The position numbers and the translations under genes are program-made. Below are positions 43,770-54,691 of a stretch of 64,000 bases of DNA, piece after piece. Origin of the DNA: Candidatus Woesearchaeota archaeon (GTDB lineage: Archaea > Nanobdellota > Nanobdellia > Woesearchaeales > JAAOYA01); assembly GCA_018221105.1 (NCBI GenBank), contig JAAOYA010000008.1:64648-128647 (forward strand), read 5' to 3'. Under the pieces are notes generated by a model. It was not told the DNA's origin. It did not search any database and saw only the letters and a list, made by a program, of their open reading frames with translations. Every line of letters begins with the position of its first letter. The first letter of the stretch is position 1.

Positions 43770-45623
43770 ATGAATTATTTTCCATTTGAAAAACTACGCT
43801 TACACCAAGATGAGCTCTTAGAACACGTAAATTTAGCAATTAAAGAAAAAAACAATCTTTTAGTGCACGCTCCAACAGGCCTTGGAAAGACTGCAGCAGC
43901 ACTGGCTCCAACATTAAAAGAAGCTATAAAAAACAATAAAAAAGTGTTTTTTTTGACAGGTCGCCACACACAACACAAAATAGCTATCGACACTCTTCGT
44001 CTAATAAACCAAAAATTGAAAAAACCATTAAAAGCTGTCGATATTATCGGAAAAAAATACTTGTGTGCTGTGCCTGGCATTGAAGCTCTTTACAGCAGTG
44101 AATTTGCAGAATATTGCAAAAAAGTACGCGAAGATGACAAATGCGAATACTATTCTAACACGAAAAAAGCCAACAAGCTTTCAATAAAAGCACAAAAAAT
44201 TCTTGGCGATATTAAAGGACAAATTCTTGACACTGAACAACTCTACGAGTTAGCACAGCAAGAAAAACTGTGCCCGTACGAGTTAACATTATCATTAGCA
44301 GTCAAAGCTAATGTTGTAATTGCAGATTATTTTTACTTGTTCAACCCTACTATTAGAAATAATTTTTTATCAAAAACCAATCACTCTCTAGAGGACAGCA
44401 TAATTATTGTTGATGAAGCACACAATCTACCTTCAAGAGTTAGAGACTTGCTCACTCACTCAATAACTACTAATTCTGTAGCACGAGCTATTAAAGAATG
44501 CAAAAAATATAATCATTTGACAGCTTTAGAAATATTAGAACAATTACAAACGGTTTTAGAAGAACTTGCAAAAAATGTTAGTGCAGAAAAGCTCGTCACA
44601 AAACAAGAATTTAGACAACAAATCAATGCTATTGGCGATTATGATGAAATAATCGGTGATTTGGATTTTGCAGGAGAGCAAATTCGCGAATTGCAAAAAA
44701 CTTCTTCAACAGGAGCTATAGCTAGTTTTTTAGAAGCATGGAATGGCAAAGATGAAGGTTTTGCACGAATTTTGGAAGTTCGCCAAACAAAAGAAAAACC
44801 TGTAAATTTTTTGTGGTACAAATGTTTAGATCCATCAAGTATCACAAAGCCTGTTTTTGACGAGGCTTCAAGCAGCATTTTAATGTCCGGCACTTTAACA
44901 CCGACTAGCATGTATAAAGATTTGCTTGGCATCACTAAAGCTAATGAGGTTAGCATGAAAAGTCCTTTTCCAAAAGACAACAGGTTAAACCTTATAATTC
45001 CAGAGACATCAACAAAGTACTCAACTCGCTCTGACGCACAGTACAAAAGAATTGCGCAAATAGTCTCGCAAATAACTAACAGTGTTCCAGGAAATAGTGC
45101 TGTGTACTTTCCTAGTTATTTAGTGCGTGATGATATTTACAAACATTTGCACTCGCTTTCTAAAAAGACTACTTTTTTAGAGGTTCCGAATCTTTCTAAA
45201 GGAGAAAAAATTGCAATGCTAGAAAATTTTAAAGAGTACAAAAAAACAGGTGCATTACTTTTAGGTGTTGCAAGCGGAAGTTTTGGTGAGGGAATTGACC
45301 TTCCTGGCGATTACTTAAAATGTGTTATTGTTGTTGGACTACCTCTTAGCAGGCCAAATTTGGAGACTCAAGAGTTAATAAAATTTTATGATGATAACTT
45401 TGGTCGAGGTTGGGATTATGGTTACTTATATCCTGCAGTCAGTAAGGTCTTGCAAGCAGCTGGTCGTTGCATTAGAAGCGAGACTGATAGGGGTGTTATC
45501 GTGCTTTTAGATGAGCGTTTTGCTTGGCCACAATACCAGCGTTGTTTTCCAAAAGAGGTTGATTTTAAGATTACAAAGCTTTTCGAGGACAGAATCGATA
45601 AATTCTTCAAAGAAAAAAAGTAA
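43770..45623 (+). CDS. xpd: XPD/Rad3/DinG family Fe-S DNA helicase
   Basis: APTGLGKT, Fe-S cysteines with CPY, DEAH, MSGT, EGID, QAAGR..R. Confidence 0.92.
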   Translation: MNYFPFEKLRLHQDELLEHVNLAIKEKNNLLVHAPTGLGKTAAALAPTLKEAIKNNKKVFFLTGRHTQHKIAIDTLRLINQKLKKPLKAVDIIGKKYLCAVPGIEALYSSEFAEYCKKVREDDKCEYYSNTKKANKLSIKAQKILGDIKGQILDTEQLYELAQQEKLCPYELTLSLAVKANVVIADYFYLFNPTIRNNFLSKTNHSLEDSIIIVDEAHNLPSRVRDLLTHSITTNSVARAIKECKKYNHLTALEILEQLQTVLEELAKNVSAEKLVTKQEFRQQINAIGDYDEIIGDLDFAGEQIRELQKTSSTGAIASFLEAWNGKDEGFARILEVRQTKEKPVNFLWYKCLDPSSITKPVFDEASSSILMSGTLTPTSMYKDLLGITKANEVSMKSPFPKDNRLNLIIPETSTKYSTRSDAQYKRIAQIVSQITNSVPGNSAVYFPSYLVRDDIYKHLHSLSKKTTFLEVPNLSKGEKIAMLENFKEYKKTGALLLGVASGSFGEGIDLPGDYLKCVIVVGLPLSRPNLETQELIKFYDDNFGRGWDYGYLYPAVSKVLQAAGRCIRSETDRGVIVLLDERFAWPQYQRCFPKEVDFKITKLFEDRIDKFFKEKK

Positions 45624-45724
45624 ATAATCTACTTTAGTATACAAAAACGTATACAAAACGTAACATTTATATACTAGTTTGTCTCTTTTAATATTGCGAT
45701 AGACACATTAGGAGATGTATTAAT

Positions 45725-46117
45725 ATGGTAATACTATACGATCAGTTCAACCTTCCAGACGACATATTCGAAATAATCTTTGCCACAGAACAACAAAAAG
45801 TCGTTGCTTCAATGCTAATAGAATACATGAAAAAACACGATGACGTCATTGGCAAAACAGAAATGAGCATGTTCGCCACAAAACTACACGACGGAACACT
45901 AGTAGAAGTTCAAGAAAGTGACATGCCAGGGCCAAAAAAGAAAGAAATGAAAATATCCTACAATAAAAGACAATTTTATGATCGCATCCTAACACCAATG
46001 AAAAGTATGGGACTAGTAGATTATGACCTGTACAAAAAAAATTATAGAATATCAGACAAGTTCAACAAAAACTTAATCCGCATCGGTCTGATGTGGGTTA
46101 GAGAAATAAACAAATAA
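45725..46117 (+). CDS. Hypothetical protein, possible winged-helix
   Basis: 130 aa ORF with TATA box and GGAGA RBS; FY.RIL.PMK.MGLV.Y. Confidence 0.8.
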   Translation: MVILYDQFNLPDDIFEIIFATEQQKVVASMLIEYMKKHDDVIGKTEMSMFATKLHDGTLVEVQESDMPGPKKKEMKISYNKRQFYDRILTPMKSMGLVDYDLYKKNYRISDKFNKNLIRIGLMWVREINK

Positions 46118-46149
46118 ACGAGAGAAACAAACAAAAGTTCAAGCTCATC

Positions 46150-46232
46150 GGGCTGTCAGCAAGCGTTTACATGTTTCTTTCTGCAAACGACCACCCCTCC
46201 CTAAAAACCCTTCAATCAACTGTTGACAGCCC
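46150..46232. other. Structured intergenic element between convergent genes
   Basis: 12-bp stem GGGCTGTCAGCA/TGTTGACAGCCC enclosing a CGTTT/AAACG hairpin and C-rich tracts. Confidence 0.5.
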
Positions 46233-46253
46233 ACTCACCCCTCATTCTAAAAA

Positions 46254-47444
46254 TCAACTCAATTTTTTCTTCTTTCTAATTAGAATAAGCAATACTAAAA
46301 TAACAATCACTAAAACCAAAGTAATCAACAAAGTAGTATTTGTTGGCTTCTCGCCAAGATTAACATTAAGCACCGCGCCCTTTTCATATGTCAATTTATT
46401 ATTATAAACCACTCTACCACTAATAAAGTATTGTCCGACAGCCAAAGGCTCAAAAAAATCATCCAGTCTGACAGTTTCTTTAGGGCGCACAAGCAACTCA
46501 TCACTTTCTAAAATTTCAACAACACGAGTGTTATAAGTCACAGTACCCCTAAAACGAGCGCTAACACTAGTATCGCCCTTATTTTTAAAAACAGCGCTTA
46601 TAGGTACAACATCATAAGTTAATGCCCACGGAGGATTTTCAATGCGTATAAGCTCTCCAAAATCACTAAGTTGACCTCTATCAAGAACACTAAATGTTTG
46701 CAAGCCAGTATAACCACACTCGCCAACCACTATGTCAACCCAGTACTGTCCAATATCAAGTGAGTGATCAAGCAATCGCTCTGTTGTTTTAGTGGTTGTT
46801 GGCAGCGTCTGTTCAAGATTAAAACGCTGCGTGTGAACAATATTTTCTTGCAATTGATCCCAAACTTGCAAAGTGACCTCAGGGTTTAACCTAACATTGC
46901 CCTTATTGTTAAGCGTTGCAAAAAAAGATGTTAGTTGATCAATCTCACTATCTTTTAATTCTACCCCACCAATAGTACATGATACAATTTGCTCTCCAGT
47001 AATTTCAACAGTTATTTTTATCAAAAAAGCAGCTCTTATAGCACTACCCATGCCACTTTCAAATTGCGGTTTTTGTTGCGTTATAATTTTTAATTCTCCA
47101 GTGTAATTGCCAGTTTGAATATCTTGCGGTGGCTGTACTATAACTTGCAAAAAAAGAGGTTTATCTGCACTGATAACAACATTTTCAATGTCATCAAGTG
47201 ATGGTTCAAAACTAATCCAGTCAGTCACACTGCCTTTTAACTCATAAAGAATTGTCAAATTATCAGAAGTGTCTGTAGATATTGCTAATTGATCCTGAGC
47301 ATAACCACCTTTTAGCACATTACGATAATGCAGTGATGCAGGACTAACACCAAGACCAATACCATAAACTGTTGAAGTGAAAAAAATTAGTAGTAAAAAA
47401 CTGAGTAATGCTAAGCTTGTTTTTTTGTTCATTGTCATTTTCAA
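46254..47444 (-). CDS. Secreted Ig-fold protein with C-terminal TM anchor (DUF916/WxL-interacting-like)
   Basis: Signal peptide, GLGVSPA, N.GNV repeats, TM plus basic tail. Confidence 0.7.
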   Translation of the reverse strand: MKMTMNKKTSLALLSFLLLIFFTSTVYGIGLGVSPASLHYRNVLKGGYAQDQLAISTDTSDNLTILYELKGSVTDWISFEPSLDDIENVVISADKPLFLQVIVQPPQDIQTGNYTGELKIITQQKPQFESGMGSAIRAAFLIKITVEITGEQIVSCTIGGVELKDSEIDQLTSFFATLNNKGNVRLNPEVTLQVWDQLQENIVHTQRFNLEQTLPTTTKTTERLLDHSLDIGQYWVDIVVGECGYTGLQTFSVLDRGQLSDFGELIRIENPPWALTYDVVPISAVFKNKGDTSVSARFRGTVTYNTRVVEILESDELLVRPKETVRLDDFFEPLAVGQYFISGRVVYNNKLTYEKGAVLNVNLGEKPTNTTLLITLVLVIVILVLLILIRKKKKLS

Positions 47445-47465
47445 TTGTGTGCTAATATTAAAGTT

Positions 47466-50400
47466 TTATGATGCTGTAGCAGTAAAAACCACAATTCCTG
47501 TGCAATTACCTCTTGCTTGATTATTGGGTTGTAACTTCCAGTATACATTGCGCGTTGAAGGAGTCGCATTTGTTTGCTTTACAAGATCAAAAGTGGATAG
47601 CGTTACAGGGCTGTCACTGACCTGGGTCATTGAAATAAAAGGTTGGCCAGAGCTTAAACTGTAACGCTCTCCACTGTAAGAAATATTATTTTCTGTACAA
47701 TTCATAGCATAACCGTCATTGTCGTTTACGGCGTACGCGTCTAATTGTAAGTCTATTTGCGAGTTTCCAAAGTTGTTTACTGTTGCTATGACATCTGGCG
47801 ATGTTTGCATTAATTCTACATCGTCAAAATCAATAAGCGGCGTAATATTAATAGCATAAAAAGCATTAATTGTCACGTTATCTATTAGCGAGTCAGTATA
47901 GCCTCCAGTGTCAAGTGCTGTAACATTGCACCACCACGTACCATTATTTACATAATATGTAACATTAAAATCGCAAGTGAAGTTTTTATAATTACCAGCT
48001 GAACCGGCTTCTGCGCAACTCGTTTGAGTATAGTGAGTGTTATTATCATCAGCATCATTTGACTTGTTTAAATAATAGTAAATTGTAGCGTTAGCGCTGT
48101 CAATGTTTGCCGCTCCACTAAACTTGTAAACACTGGCATTGCAATATACAGGAGTTAAAATTCCTGCCAGCAAATCTATCTCGTTTGGCACTGGCGCAAA
48201 AAAGTCATCAAACAGGACTGACTCTACACTTGGCGATAAATCGCCCCATTCTGTACAAGTACCTCCCCCACCATAACTAATGTTAAATTGGAACCAGTCA
48301 ACATAAGCATCGTTGCCACCTGGTTCGCGATAATAAAATATTCTGATATCTAAACTGTTGACTTGTGACGCATTTAAAAAATCAAGGTCGCAATACTCTA
48401 AAGTGTTACTTACAGGACTTGTTATAGCACAACTGACAGTCTGCCAAGTGCTGTCATTGCGCCATTCGAAATGATCAAAGTTTATTTTTGTTCCAACATA
48501 GTGTTGCACCCAGACCCTGGCGGTTTTTACGTCAGTTGTTAATGGCAGGCTGTATGAAAAGTTTGCTTGTAAGTAATCAGTCTGCCCGTTAGTTAATGCT
48601 AGTGTTTCATAATTGCTATCCCCTGGCGTTAAAACATTGCTTAATGTTGTGCCTTGACCGTCACCTTCACTAATAGCATAAGCCAATGTGTTATCATAAG
48701 CTATAACTTCCGTAATATTAAAATAGCTTGTAGCGTTTAATTCTGTGTGGTTCTGATCTTCTGCCATTACACTAAAATTTCCAAAACAAGTATCTGTAGC
48801 ATTCCAATCAATTACAAATCCTCCGGTACTGTTGGCATAGACTGTTATTGGAAAGCCCGGTGCTAATTCTAAAGAGTCTTCATCACGAATAGTTAAGCTT
48901 AGGGTACCATTAACAGTATACCACTGTCCTGTTATCGTAACATTTTCATACGGTAAGTAGTCTGTTTGGTCAGTACTAAGCGTTGCAACTCGATTGTTTA
49001 CTGTAAAATTATCAGTTCCGTTAAGATTAGAATATAATATGTCAAAAACGCTAACATTGTAAAGTCCTAAGATAGCACTGTAGCCTATTGGAAAAACATA
49101 AACTATACCACCTGTGCTGTTGGCTGTTAGGTTAGTAATGTTTTGTCCAAGTGGATACACAATATCGATTGTTACATTGTTAAAAGGTGAGAATCCATAG
49201 CCTGTTATCAAAGCGAATTCTCCTTGAAAATAACTATTTTGTACGTTAACACCTGATGGCCTGGTATTGACATTAAAAGTTGTTGTAGCATTATCTGCTT
49301 CGTTGCCAAACTCATAAGCGTAAAGTTCATAACTTCCTGTAGGTTGATTAAAAGCAAGCGAGTAAGTACTGTTAAAATCTCCACTAGCACTAGTTGTTTC
49401 ATTCCATAATTCTATTGTGCCATTAGACCAGTTTAAGCGTAAAGTCACTGTGACTGTTGGATTCCAGTTAGCACCACTAATGTTAACTTGCCCTCCTTGT
49501 TCATAGTTTGGAAAATTTGTGCTCACTGCAGGACCAAAAAAATTCACAGTCAAATTATAAACTAGTGAACTGTTTTCAAAACCGTTACTATCAGTACAAT
49601 TAACACTCCAATTATGTTGACCATTAGCTAAGCTTACAGAAGTATTAAGTGCGATACCTTCTTGAGGGCTAGAAAAAGTATCTTTTTCTTGACCATCAAC
49701 AATCAACTCACAAGAACTTATAGTCGTCATCCTGTCTGTGACGTTAAATTCAAAAAAAACAGATGGGGAAACTGTCCAATCAGTGTTATTGCCTGGCAAC
49801 TCTAATTTTATTTGCGGTGGTTGCGTGTCAACTTTTACAATTTTTTTTGTAAAGTTAGTACCTTCATTATTGTTCTCATCAGTACAATTAACAGTCCAAC
49901 TCCAAACGCCATCAGTTATTGTAGTGCTAATGTTTGTTTCAGTGTTATTTAACACATTCAGTATTGTTTCATTGCGAGTATCATTTAGTATTAAAGTACA
50001 ATTAGCAATTAGTGAATTATCGATTGCCGTAAAATTAACATTCAATAAATTGTTAAGCCAAAAAGTATTATTGTCGGGCTTGCCAAGCGACACATTTGGA
50101 GCTACCAAATCTGGAGGACTATAATCGACTTGCAACCACATAGCATCAACCTGCCATTCAGTAATATCTTGTCGGCCACTAACAATGGTGTCAATGTTGC
50201 TAATAGTGCTGTTAATTTCGCTCCAAGTCCACGCAATACCTGTTGCTGGACTAAGAGTCCAAATGTATGTGAATTGTTGAAAGCTTGTGCTAGTAGCATA
50301 AGTTGCTGGAGCACCAGGGTAAGCAGACCCGCCTAAATAAATTTGTAGTGTTATACCTTCACTTGCTGCTGCGACATCTGAAGCAGCCCAAACAATCAAA

Positions 50401-50681
50401 GTAACATTATTTATTGTTCCGCTACCTGAATAGTTTGCAAAATTTGCGTGCAGCACGTCTCTTTTTGTCGTCTCGTAAGCTACACCCGTGCGCGTCGCGC
50501 TAAAAGTTGATTGGTCATGAACTCCAAGGTTTGCCTCACTAACCTGAGCCCACAAATTTAGTGGAGTCGTAGTAGCTGTTGTAGCGTTGAGTGTTAGAAC
50601 TATAGCTTGTATACTGGTAGAAAAAATTAGTGTAAACAATAATATTACAATAAGTAGTAATGATACCCTGTTTTTTCTCAA
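47466..50681 (-). CDS. Large secreted glycoprotein with Ig-like repeats and a C-terminal domain shared with the adjacent gene
   Basis: Signal peptide, many N-x-S/T sites, W.VNCTD repeats; C-terminus homologous to 50748-51638. Confidence 0.8.
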   Translation of the reverse strand: MRKNRVSLLLIVILLFTLIFSTSIQAIVLTLNATTATTTPLNLWAQVSEANLGVHDQSTFSATRTGVAYETTKRDVLHANFANYSGSGTINNVTLIVWAASDVAAASEGITLQIYLGGSAYPGAPATYATSTSFQQFTYIWTLSPATGIAWTWSEINSTISNIDTIVSGRQDITEWQVDAMWLQVDYSPPDLVAPNVSLGKPDNNTFWLNNLLNVNFTAIDNSLIANCTLILNDTRNETILNVLNNTETNISTTITDGVWSWTVNCTDENNNEGTNFTKKIVKVDTQPPQIKLELPGNNTDWTVSPSVFFEFNVTDRMTTISSCELIVDGQEKDTFSSPQEGIALNTSVSLANGQHNWSVNCTDSNGFENSSLVYNLTVNFFGPAVSTNFPNYEQGGQVNISGANWNPTVTVTLRLNWSNGTIELWNETTSASGDFNSTYSLAFNQPTGSYELYAYEFGNEADNATTTFNVNTRPSGVNVQNSYFQGEFALITGYGFSPFNNVTIDIVYPLGQNITNLTANSTGGIVYVFPIGYSAILGLYNVSVFDILYSNLNGTDNFTVNNRVATLSTDQTDYLPYENVTITGQWYTVNGTLSLTIRDEDSLELAPGFPITVYANSTGGFVIDWNATDTCFGNFSVMAEDQNHTELNATSYFNITEVIAYDNTLAYAISEGDGQGTTLSNVLTPGDSNYETLALTNGQTDYLQANFSYSLPLTTDVKTARVWVQHYVGTKINFDHFEWRNDSTWQTVSCAITSPVSNTLEYCDLDFLNASQVNSLDIRIFYYREPGGNDAYVDWFQFNISYGGGGTCTEWGDLSPSVESVLFDDFFAPVPNEIDLLAGILTPVYCNASVYKFSGAANIDSANATIYYYLNKSNDADDNNTHYTQTSCAEAGSAGNYKNFTCDFNVTYYVNNGTWWCNVTALDTGGYTDSLIDNVTINAFYAINITPLIDFDDVELMQTSPDVIATVNNFGNSQIDLQLDAYAVNDNDGYAMNCTENNISYSGERYSLSSGQPFISMTQVSDSPVTLSTFDLVKQTNATPSTRNVYWKLQPNNQARGNCTGIVVFTATAS

Positions 50682-50747
50682 TTCAATGACCCCTAAAATC
50701 TCCTATTGTTCAACAATTAGAAAACTGCACTTAAAGGTTTAAAAAGT

Positions 50748-51638
50748 TTATGCTATCGAAGCAGTAAATTGTATAAATCCAGTGCACACGCCAAAAGGGT
50801 TCGGTGGAACATATAATTGCCAGTATGTAGAATTATAAGTTACAGTGCTATCAGAAAGTCGTGAAATGATTGTAAGGTTAGTAACATTAAGCGCTGAACC
50901 ACTTGTTAGGTTAGTACGCTGGTTTAGTGTATCTGATGCGTTTAATGAAAATTTTAGGTTTTCAATAGTAATATTTTCAACAGGACAATCCATTGCCAGT
51001 CCGTCACCTGGTGTTACTCCAAAGCCTTCTACTGTAACATTAATGTTGCGATTGCCCCAGTTTGTTACATTGGCAACTATGGTGGTGGAGTTATCCCCCA
51101 CCGATAAGTTGCCAAAATCCAACAAGCCAGGTGTAACATTGATAGCGTATAAAGAACTGATAGTGCTACTATTCCAAGCAATATCTGTAAAGTTCCAATC
51201 ATCGATTACTGTTGCATTGCACCACCAAGTGCCATTAAAAGCATAATATTCAACATCAAATATGCAAGTATAATTTGCATAATTTCCATCAGTATCTATT
51301 TCAGTACAAGTACTGTCATTATAGTGTTCGTTATTGTCATTAGCTTGATTTGAAGCGTTTAAACTGTAATAGAATGTTGCGTTAACACCTTGTATATCGC
51401 CAAAACCATTATAATCTAGTATGCTAACTGAACAATTAATTGCTATTGTTCTACCAGCATTTAGCACTATGTTTGAGCCTTGATTTACTATAACTTGTAG
51501 TATTGAAGGACCAGTGTTTGTCACGTTAACTTTTGTTGAGACATTGACGTATTCAAAATTATAAGCTAGTGCTGGTCCAAAAAGAATTACTGCCGTTAAT
51601 AAAATAAGTATTAACACCTTTGTTGCTTGTTGACTCAT
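50748..51638 (-). CDS. Secreted surface protein, candidate fibre subunit
   Basis: Signal peptide, no anchor, ends YWQLYVP...CTGFIQFTASIA. Confidence 0.8.
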   Translation of the reverse strand: MSQQATKVLILILLTAVILFGPALAYNFEYVNVSTKVNVTNTGPSILQVIVNQGSNIVLNAGRTIAINCSVSILDYNGFGDIQGVNATFYYSLNASNQANDNNEHYNDSTCTEIDTDGNYANYTCIFDVEYYAFNGTWWCNATVIDDWNFTDIAWNSSTISSLYAINVTPGLLDFGNLSVGDNSTTIVANVTNWGNRNINVTVEGFGVTPGDGLAMDCPVENITIENLKFSLNASDTLNQRTNLTSGSALNVTNLTIISRLSDSTVTYNSTYWQLYVPPNPFGVCTGFIQFTASIA

Positions 51639-51721
51639 TTTTGCCTATTAAATGTTGTTGGATTATATATCAGTATAGCTTTATGTATATTAGGATGCGT
51701 ACTCCTATATAAATGTTTCGA

Positions 51722-54637
51722 TTAAACTTTATCAAGTACTCTAGCATATTTTTCATGAACATAATTTATGAGTTTTGAATCCTTTGCAGGCTGCAATCCA
51801 GCCCTATGATACAAGCTTTCAACCTTTCTTGTGTGTTCTCGCGCAATATCATGATTTTTATCTATTAGTGCTGCTTTTGCCCTGCCAAGATAAAATACCA
51901 TCATCAATTGATTATAAACTTCTTGTACTAGTTGTTGTTCAAAAATAGTGCTTGGCTCTAATGTTAGGCTTTGCTTGTACAAATCATATGCACTAACAAA
52001 GTCAAGACTTCGAAGTTTTTCTTTTGCAAGCTCTAAGTTTTGATAAATTAAACTTTTTGGTGCTGGCAACGCGCTTAAGCCTTCAAAAGATTTTTCATGG
52101 CTGATAATTGTCTTATCGCGCTTTGCAATAGTTTTTATTTTTTGCAGAACATTATTATTTGTGCTAATAGAGTCTGAAAGCACTACAGTGTAATAGACCA
52201 CTAATAAAATAATCGCAATCAAAGCTAAGACTAGTGGAACACTGCTAAAAATGCTTTTTACAAAACCATCACTTTGCGCTACAGCATTACCTGTTACTTT
52301 CGACTCGCCAGTTGCATCCACTGTTTCTTTTTGGACCAACACACTAGGGTTTTGTACGTAAACAGTTTGAATAGCTTTTAAATCATTAAAATCAATTATT
52401 TTTTCAATCACATAACTAAGTTTTTCACTCTTAAGTGTTGCAAAATCCCAAGATACCACAGGATCTTTTTTTAGCACAGTTGGCTCTTTGGAATAACTTA
52501 TTTGTGAAGCATCAAAAACAACAGCTTTTGGAATTTTTTCAACCAGTACAACATTTGATTGCTCGCTAGTAGCACTAATAGTTTTTTGTACAATTGTAAA
52601 ATCTTGCGAATCCTTAAACTCTCCATAATCTAATCTTGCGCTAATAAAAACGTTAGTGGTGCTTATCAAGTCATTAAATTCAATGCTTTGTTTTTCTAGT
52701 TGTGAGCGTTGTTTTTTTGGCAAGTCTAACCCTATAATAATCTCACTTAGAGCCTCACTAACAGCTTGCTTGCCAGACGTTAGTGGAGTATAATCAGCCT
52801 TTTTTAATACTTCAATGTGCGTTACAATGCCGCTTTTTGCATTTTGTGCTTTTTCTTTTAATTGTTGTATACGCTCTAACAATTGTTCTTCGTCAAGATC
52901 TAACTTTAGCAAATCTTGTGCCTGGCTTTGATAAGTAGTTATAGCGTTTCGAGCTTCTATAGCGTTTTGCATCAAACTCAATTCTTTGATAACAGTTACT
53001 TTTACAGGATCAGTCTCGCTTTCAAGATTTCCTATCAACCAATCAGCATCTATTAATTGTTTGTCAATAATTTTTTTTGTCGTATTGACAAGAGGATAAT
53101 ATTTCGGATTCAATCCTTTTGACTCAACAATGTTTTCTTGTTGTTTTTTATCATCATAGTATATCGCGCTAAACTGTTCGCTAGATAATGGTCCAACATT
53201 GCCAGCATCATCAACAACCGCAACCCTATAATAATAAATCAAACCTTCTTCAACATCATCGTCATAATAATGTTCATCATCAGTATCATCATAAAAGTCT
53301 ACAAATTCAACCCCAGGACTTTCACGTCTATAAATATTATACTTGTCAACTTGTTCACTATCATAGTACAAACTGATTTTTATTCTGTCATCATCATTTT
53401 CCACTCTGAAACTTGTTGGGGCTGTTGGTTTTGAAGTATCTACTAAAAATATTTCTCCGCCAGTAATTTGGTTGCCTGCTAGTCCTTCAGTATCAACTCC
53501 GCTGAAATAAAAAGTTCCTATTTTGTCAACATCATAGATTGGTATTATCATAAAACCGTTCCAATTTGTTGGTCCGCCAGTTAAAGAAATTGTTTTTTTT
53601 GCACTATCATCATTGTAATTATATTGTAGTGTTGGAGTGTTAACTAATGGTTTTGAACTAATTAGTGTTACCTTGACCGTTCCTTCTTGTAGCGGAGTAT
53701 TCTCACCTAAGTTGATGTTTGATGTTGGCGGCAGCGTGGCACTAAAAGATATGAGCGTGCTTGATAACATAATGTTTCCTGCTAAGTCAATGCATCTAAC
53801 ATGATAATTATTGATTCCTTGCACTAAATCACTGACTGTTATACTGTGCGTTATTGAATCACTGCTTTGCAGGTTGCTAGTCATGTCGGCGTAACCAATA
53901 TTTTGTTTTGAATTTTTACAACTACTTTTTTCATTAGTTGTCACTTGTAATGTTGTACTAGCACTTTTGATAAGACTTGTTGGGCTAACACTGGTTATTG
54001 CAGGAGGTGTAAAATCAACATAAAAAGTCAGCGTGTGCGATGAACTCATAGCATTGCCCGCATTGTCTGCGCACCTGATATAAATTGTGTTAGTGCCTTG
54101 TGATAAATCAGTAATTGTCCCGTCATGAGCAGTGTTAAAGCCTGCAAAAGAATAAATCATTATAGCATAAGTAGTATCAACATAATCGTATTTACACCAG
54201 CTTTGCTCGTCAGTGACTGCTGTTATTATTGTCGCAATGGTATTAAATGTTAATCCTTGCGGGTGGCTGTAAGTTATTATCGGAGCTGTCGTGTCAATGA
54301 CTGTAAAACTATCAGAGAGCATTGTGCTTTGAGAGTTCTCAACTGCATATATTTTGTAGTTATTGACTCCTATATTTGTTGGAGTCCAACTATAATCATA
54401 AAGACCAAAATTATAGTTCATTGAATAATTTTGATTTTCAAACTCCAAAAATACATTTGTTAGCGGGCTTTGTGAAGTAATGTTGGCTCGCAAAAATTGC
54501 AAGTTTGTATGAGCTAGCGGATCTGTCAAACTAACAACTTCAATTGTCGCTCCGCTAACAAAAGTTGACAGTACTGTTGTAAGTATTACTAACATTATTG
54601 TTAGAGTGATATGCTTTTTTTGTTGTTTTTTTGTCAT
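51722..54637 (-). CDS. Large membrane-anchored surface protein (Ig/FN3 repeats, coiled coil, TM, cytoplasmic helical domain)
   Basis: DT.P...C.D.AGN repeats, YYYRV.VVD.AGN FN3, TM near the C-terminus. Confidence 0.8.
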   Translation of the reverse strand: MTKKQQKKHITLTIMLVILTTVLSTFVSGATIEVVSLTDPLAHTNLQFLRANITSQSPLTNVFLEFENQNYSMNYNFGLYDYSWTPTNIGVNNYKIYAVENSQSTMLSDSFTVIDTTAPIITYSHPQGLTFNTIATIITAVTDEQSWCKYDYVDTTYAIMIYSFAGFNTAHDGTITDLSQGTNTIYIRCADNAGNAMSSSHTLTFYVDFTPPAITSVSPTSLIKSASTTLQVTTNEKSSCKNSKQNIGYADMTSNLQSSDSITHSITVSDLVQGINNYHVRCIDLAGNIMLSSTLISFSATLPPTSNINLGENTPLQEGTVKVTLISSKPLVNTPTLQYNYNDDSAKKTISLTGGPTNWNGFMIIPIYDVDKIGTFYFSGVDTEGLAGNQITGGEIFLVDTSKPTAPTSFRVENDDDRIKISLYYDSEQVDKYNIYRRESPGVEFVDFYDDTDDEHYYDDDVEEGLIYYYRVAVVDDAGNVGPLSSEQFSAIYYDDKKQQENIVESKGLNPKYYPLVNTTKKIIDKQLIDADWLIGNLESETDPVKVTVIKELSLMQNAIEARNAITTYQSQAQDLLKLDLDEEQLLERIQQLKEKAQNAKSGIVTHIEVLKKADYTPLTSGKQAVSEALSEIIIGLDLPKKQRSQLEKQSIEFNDLISTTNVFISARLDYGEFKDSQDFTIVQKTISATSEQSNVVLVEKIPKAVVFDASQISYSKEPTVLKKDPVVSWDFATLKSEKLSYVIEKIIDFNDLKAIQTVYVQNPSVLVQKETVDATGESKVTGNAVAQSDGFVKSIFSSVPLVLALIAIILLVVYYTVVLSDSISTNNNVLQKIKTIAKRDKTIISHEKSFEGLSALPAPKSLIYQNLELAKEKLRSLDFVSAYDLYKQSLTLEPSTIFEQQLVQEVYNQLMMVFYLGRAKAALIDKNHDIAREHTRKVESLYHRAGLQPAKDSKLINYVHEKYARVLDKV

Positions 54638-54691
54638 GGTTTTTTGATTTATTCGTTTAGTGATTTCTGCGCTTTCAACCCTCTTTTTTGT

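Noticed and set aside
46171-46407. 78-aa plus-strand ORF
   Set aside because: Spans the structured element and the antisense of a TM anchor; no coding signals
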